Source of the DNA: Candidatus Hydrogenedentota bacterium
GTDB taxonomy: Bacteria; Hydrogenedentota; Hydrogenedentia; Hydrogenedentales; SLHB01
Assembly: GCA_029974275.1 (NCBI GenBank)
Contig: JARKSN010000234.1
Location: 1 to 10,286 of the forward strand
Reading direction: 5' to 3'
DNA: 10,286 nt
Shown: positions 7,186-10,286 of the stretch, piece by piece
Numbering within the stretch: position 1 is the first letter of the stretch
How the letters are laid out: every line of letters begins with the position of its first letter
Made by a program: the position numbers and the translations under genes
Notes under the pieces: model-generated
Told to the model about the DNA's origin: nothing
What the model saw: only the letters and a program-made list of their open reading frames with translations
Database searches by the model: none

Positions 7186-7923
7186 TCAACCGGTTGCGGG
7201 CGCGCTGCGACGCATCGCGCGTAGCCGCACCAAAAAATCCGCGAAAACCGTCCTCGCGCACTCGGCAGGATCGCCGGACGCCGCGAGTAGATAGGTCGCG
7301 GGAAACGTGATTTTTGCCCCTCCGGGCGCCTGTTGCGATCCCTCGTGCATCACGGCGAAAACGCCCGCCTCGGGCGCGTACAACCGGAACGTGCACGGAG
7401 CCTCCGACCCCACGATCAACACCGTTTGGTCCCGCGTCAAGGCCGCCGCGCGTTCATCGGTGCGCCATTCAATGGCGTCGCGCTGCATCGCAAAACCATC
7501 GGTGAAAACGCGCACGCCTTCGTGCACCAGCCCAAGGCTATCCAGAACGATATGCGACGCCACGACGTCATGCCGGCTGAGGTTGTGCAGGGTTAGCGTG
7601 CGGACGAGGGCGGGAAACTCGTGCAAGGCCAGGGTGTGCGTGAGAATCTCGAGCCCCGGGCGTTTTTTGCGCGACGTCAGCGCCGCCCCCACGGGACCGT
7701 TCTCCTCGCTCCATTCGACTTCGCCAAAATCCATCACGCCCAGCGGCTCGCCATCGATGCGCACGCTGAACTCGCGGCTCAGCCCCGCTGTCCATTCGAG
7801 CCCTTCGGACACGTCCAAAAGACTCGTCGTGTGGCCGACAAACGTGGACCACGTCCGCTCAATCCAACGGTTGCCCACGCGGCTTTGACCGCGATGCACT
7901 TCGGTATAGGCGCGGTCCATCAT
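7186..7923 (-). CDS. Hypothetical protein, beta-rich, resembling a stand-alone GH36-type N-terminal domain
   Basis: 245 aa from ATG 7923, which overlaps the upstream gene's TGA (ATGA, 7923-7920). Its own TGA lies within the RBS (TGAGGAG) of the next gene. No signal peptide. The domain resemblance is inference. Confidence 0.75.
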   Translation of the reverse strand: MMDRAYTEVHRGQSRVGNRWIERTWSTFVGHTTSLLDVSEGLEWTAGLSREFSVRIDGEPLGVMDFGEVEWSEENGPVGAALTSRKKRPGLEILTHTLALHEFPALVRTLTLHNLSRHDVVASHIVLDSLGLVHEGVRVFTDGFAMQRDAIEWRTDERAAALTRDQTVLIVGSEAPCTFRLYAPEAGVFAVMHEGSQQAPGGAKITFPATYLLAASGDPAECARTVFADFLVRLRAMRRSAPATG

Positions 7924-9299
7924 GAAACGCCGTCCAGCACAGCCAGCATCTCCGCGACGGACGTGAATTTCTCGCGCGGTTTTCCCCGGAGCGTCCCTCG
8001 CTCGATTTCGACGGCGTCGATTTTCTTCCACTCTGCAAACGAAACCACGCGCACGGACCGCGCCGCGAGCAGTTCACGGATAGCGTCCTCGCCGTGGGCA
8101 GGCGTCGGCAGCGCGTGCAGGTCGTCGAGAATGGCTTGCGCCGTCTCGACGCTATCGGGCTTGTTGGAGCCGATGATGCCGCTGGGGCCGCGCTTGATCC
8201 ATCCCACCGCGTAAAGTTGCGGGACGCGATGATCGCCGTCGTAAATGCGGCCATGGCGATTCGGGATTCTCCCATGCCGCTCGTCGAACGGCACGCCGGG
8301 TATCGGCACGCCGCGGTAGCCGACGCTGCGAAAAAGAATGCCGCAGGGTTGATCGATATGGACGCCCGTGCCCACGGCCTGTTGATGAAACGGAGGCCCT
8401 TCGAGACGGGTGCGCTCGAGGCGGACGCCTTCCAGCCGCGCGGCTCCGTACAACTCGACGGGGCTCAACAGGAACCGGATGACAAATCGCTTGCGTTTGG
8501 AAGACGCGGGGCGTTCCGCAAACTCACGCAAGATGGCCATGTTTTTCTGGGCGTGTTGGTTGTCCTTGTCGTGGAGTTCCGTTTCGCAGGCGGCGTTGAG
8601 CGCCAAGTCCGCCGGGTCGATGACCGGGTCGCAGTCGCCCAAATGACCGAACTCCTTGAGTTCGGGCGAGGTGCACTTGGCCTGCACGGGGCCGCGACGG
8701 CCAATCAAGTGAATCTCGCGCAGGTTGGAGGCGGCGAGAACATCGAGCGCGTGCTGTGCGATGTCGGTTTGGCGCAACTCATCCGCCGTTTTCGAAAGAA
8801 TGCGGCTGACGTCGATGGCGACGTTGCCTTGGCCGACGATTACGGCGATCTCGTGCGACAGGTCGAACACGCGATCGCGGTAGTCCGGGTGGCCGTTGTA
8901 CCACGCAACGAATTCCGTGGCCGTGTGGCTGCCGGGAAGATTTTCCCCCGGCACGCCGAGTTTGCGGTCGGTTTCCGCGCCGCACGCAAACAAAACGGCG
9001 TGATAATGGGCCCGCAGCTCGTCCACCGTCACATCGCGTCCGACCGCCACATTGCCCAAAAACGAAAAACCCTCGCATGCGGCGATCTTGTCAAAGACGC
9101 GGGTGACGGTCTTGATCTTCAGGTGGTCCGGCGCCACCCCGCCCCGCACCAGGCCGAAGGGCGTTGGCAGGCGATCGTACATATCGATGCGAATGGTCTT
9201 GCCGGATTTGAACAACGCCTCCGCCGCATAAAAACCGCTCGGACCGCTCCCGATAATCGCGACGCGCAACGGATGCGCACGCGAGCCAATCTCCGACAT
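7920..9299 (-). CDS. fprA: Ferredoxin-NADP+ reductase, adrenodoxin reductase/FprA type
   Basis: 459 aa. FAD motif [41 protein letters not shown] motif [34 protein letters not shown] and the C-terminal GKPREKF. RBS GGAGGGAG at 9301-9308. Confidence 0.93.
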   Translation of the reverse strand: MSEIGSRAHPLRVAIIGSGPSGFYAAEALFKSGKTIRIDMYDRLPTPFGLVRGGVAPDHLKIKTVTRVFDKIAACEGFSFLGNVAVGRDVTVDELRAHYHAVLFACGAETDRKLGVPGENLPGSHTATEFVAWYNGHPDYRDRVFDLSHEIAVIVGQGNVAIDVSRILSKTADELRQTDIAQHALDVLAASNLREIHLIGRRGPVQAKCTSPELKEFGHLGDCDPVIDPADLALNAACETELHDKDNQHAQKNMAILREFAERPASSKRKRFVIRFLLSPVELYGAARLEGVRLERTRLEGPPFHQQAVGTGVHIDQPCGILFRSVGYRGVPIPGVPFDERHGRIPNRHGRIYDGDHRVPQLYAVGWIKRGPSGIIGSNKPDSVETAQAILDDLHALPTPAHGEDAIRELLAARSVRVVSFAEWKKIDAVEIERGTLRGKPREKFTSVAEMLAVLDGVS

Positions 9300-9387
9300 G
9301 CTCCCTCCAATCGTTTTCCCAGATCGGCCGTTCCCTTGTCATTGCTCGCGATCTTGCCGCGCGCCGCTAGGCAAGGCGAAAGGACAA

Positions 9388-9432
9388 TCCGCATTTCGTC
9401 CGCGCCGGGTCGGGCGCGTCCAGAAATGCGGA
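9388..9432. other. Interrupted inverted repeat upstream of the reductase operon
   Basis: TCCGCATTTC (9388-9397) / GAAATGCGGA (9423-9432) form perfect 10-bp arms enclosing CGCGCC (9401-9406) / GGCGCG (9413-9418). Confidence 0.55.
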
Positions 9433-9454
9433 CCTTCGCAGAAAGAAAGCGGAT

Positions 9455-9491
9455 AAAAAAAGGCGGGCAAGGACGTCGCCGTCCTTGCCCG
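9455..9491 (-). terminator. Rho-independent terminator of the secreted-protein gene
   Basis: Perfect 12-bp stem (9464-9475 / 9480-9491) with a GCGA tetraloop on the minus strand, followed by CC and a T7 tract (9461-9455), about 30 nt after the stop at 9521. Confidence 0.88.
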
Positions 9492-9520
9492 TGTCGCGTA
9501 TAGCGAAAGTCAAAGCGCCA

Positions 9521-10003
9521 TTAGTTGTTCTGAATGGCCGGAAGCGTGTACATCGCAGCGTTCGGGGAACCGATTTCCAGGTAACGGCCGACGATGTCGC
9601 TGTTCTTGCCAACCCAGTTCACGACCAACGAACCATTGCCGTTGCCGGCGTTCGCCATGTTCGGAACCGCACGACCCGCGCCTTCATCACCGGTCGAGTC
9701 GTCATACACGGGACGGAAGCCGATGCCCTGCAGGGCCAACAGCTTGAAGGTGTTCTTCACAGGCGTGCGATCCGCGCCTGCAACATTGTTATAGGTCAAT
9801 GCGATCGTCAGATCGCTGTGGGTCAGGTTCTTCAGGCCGATATACGCCAGCGGGCCATTGTTCGCGCTGCCGACATAGCGGTTCTGCGCATCGAGGACCG
9901 GGGCAGTGCCGCCATCACGGAAAATCGGCACCGCAATGGTGCCAGCGTAGGCGATGCCAGCAAAAACCAACACAGCCGCCGTCAAAACGAGATATGTCTT
10001 CAT
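9521..10003 (-). CDS. Secreted hypothetical protein (Sec signal peptide, probable beta-sandwich)
   Basis: 160 aa from ATG 10003 behind GGGAGGTGAGTGAGGAT. Signal peptide MKTYLVLTAAVLVFAGIAYA|G with an AxA site. Mature part is Gly/Asn/Ala-rich with no Cys. Flanked by a promoter and a terminator. Confidence 0.85.
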   Translation of the reverse strand: MKTYLVLTAAVLVFAGIAYAGTIAVPIFRDGGTAPVLDAQNRYVGSANNGPLAYIGLKNLTHSDLTIALTYNNVAGADRTPVKNTFKLLALQGIGFRPVYDDSTGDEGAGRAVPNMANAGNGNGSLVVNWVGKNSDIVGRYLEIGSPNAAMYTLPAIQNN

Positions 10004-10055
10004 ATCCTCACTCACCTCCCAAAGGTTTTTCAAACATCGCTCAAGCCACGAGTCG

Positions 10056-10085
10056 AGGATAGCATGTTCCCGCGCGCTTTGTCAA
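10056..10085 (-). promoter_or_regulatory. Sigma70 promoter with extended -10 for the secreted-protein gene
   Basis: Minus strand perfect TTGACA (10085-10080), 18-nt spacer, TATCCT (10061-10056) preceded by TGn. A-rich tract just upstream of the -35. Confidence 0.7.
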
Positions 10086-10139
10086 TACCTTTTTGAACGG
10101 ATATCGCCGTAATAAGCCAGCGGGTCGGCGATGGTTCTC

Positions 10140-10165
10140 GTAGCGCCCGGTCTCCGTGCCGGGCG
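10140..10165 (+). repeat. GTAG-type REP-like palindrome
   Basis: GTAG (10140-10143) directly followed by the hairpin CGCCCGG-TCTCCGTG-CCGGGCG. This is the architecture of GTAG-family REPs, but only one copy is in the window. Confidence 0.5.
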
Positions 10166-10286
10166 TCTTGAGAGTCGCGACCATGAAAGAAAAGCCACAA
10201 AAAACCCGCAAACACGGTTTCTTTCGTGACGCTCGCATGATCTCGCTGGCGCCCCGCTCTTTGCCCTGAGCCATAATACGGACGCC

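Noticed and set aside
7924..8031. Upstream start of the 281-aa ORF
   Set aside because: Overlaps the conserved reductase C-terminus. The ATGA overlap at 7923 is the better start.
8094..9503. 469-aa plus-strand ORF
   Set aside because: Antisense shadow of the well-supported reductase gene, with no recognisable motifs. Long shadow ORFs are expected in GC-rich DNA.
10245..10268. Minus-strand CAGGGCAAAGAGCGGGGCGCCAGC, reminiscent of a c-di-GMP-I riboswitch
   Set aside because: Lacks the 5' strand and GNRA loop of the P2 hairpin and a recognisable P3. It also lies upstream of the predicted promoter, so outside that transcript. An Rfam RF01051 scan would settle it.
9485..10274. ORFs 9485-10096 (+), 10030-10215 (-) and 10041-10274 (-)
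   Set aside because: Antisense to the secreted-protein gene or running through its promoter and palindromes, with no supporting RBS or motifs.

Overview
GC-rich bacterial chromosomal region, mostly housekeeping and envelope genes. Left to right: a lower-GC flank with short direct and inverted repeats at the 3' end of a tRNA-Ala(GGC) gene (-), suggesting an integrative-element attachment junction; a lipoprotein (+); a ~1000-aa AsmA/TamB/YdbH-like membrane-anchored beta-rich protein (-) with an internal ~107-aa tandem repeat; smpB (+) followed closely by a WcaJ/WbaP-type priming sugar transferase (+); a tightly coupled minus-strand operon of adrenodoxin-reductase/FprA-type ferredoxin-NADP+ reductase, a 245-aa unknown protein and an RlmD/RumA-family m5U RNA methyltransferase; and a small secreted protein (-) with its own promoter, RBS and terminator, with a GTAG-type REP-like hairpin upstream. 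No CRISPR array, transposase or integrase is visible. Nothing here proves a new system; the best leads are the tRNA-flanking repeats, the repeat-expanded lipid-bridge-like protein, the reductase/unknown/methyltransferase operon and the orphan secreted protein. Family assignments come from motif recognition by eye, not database searches.
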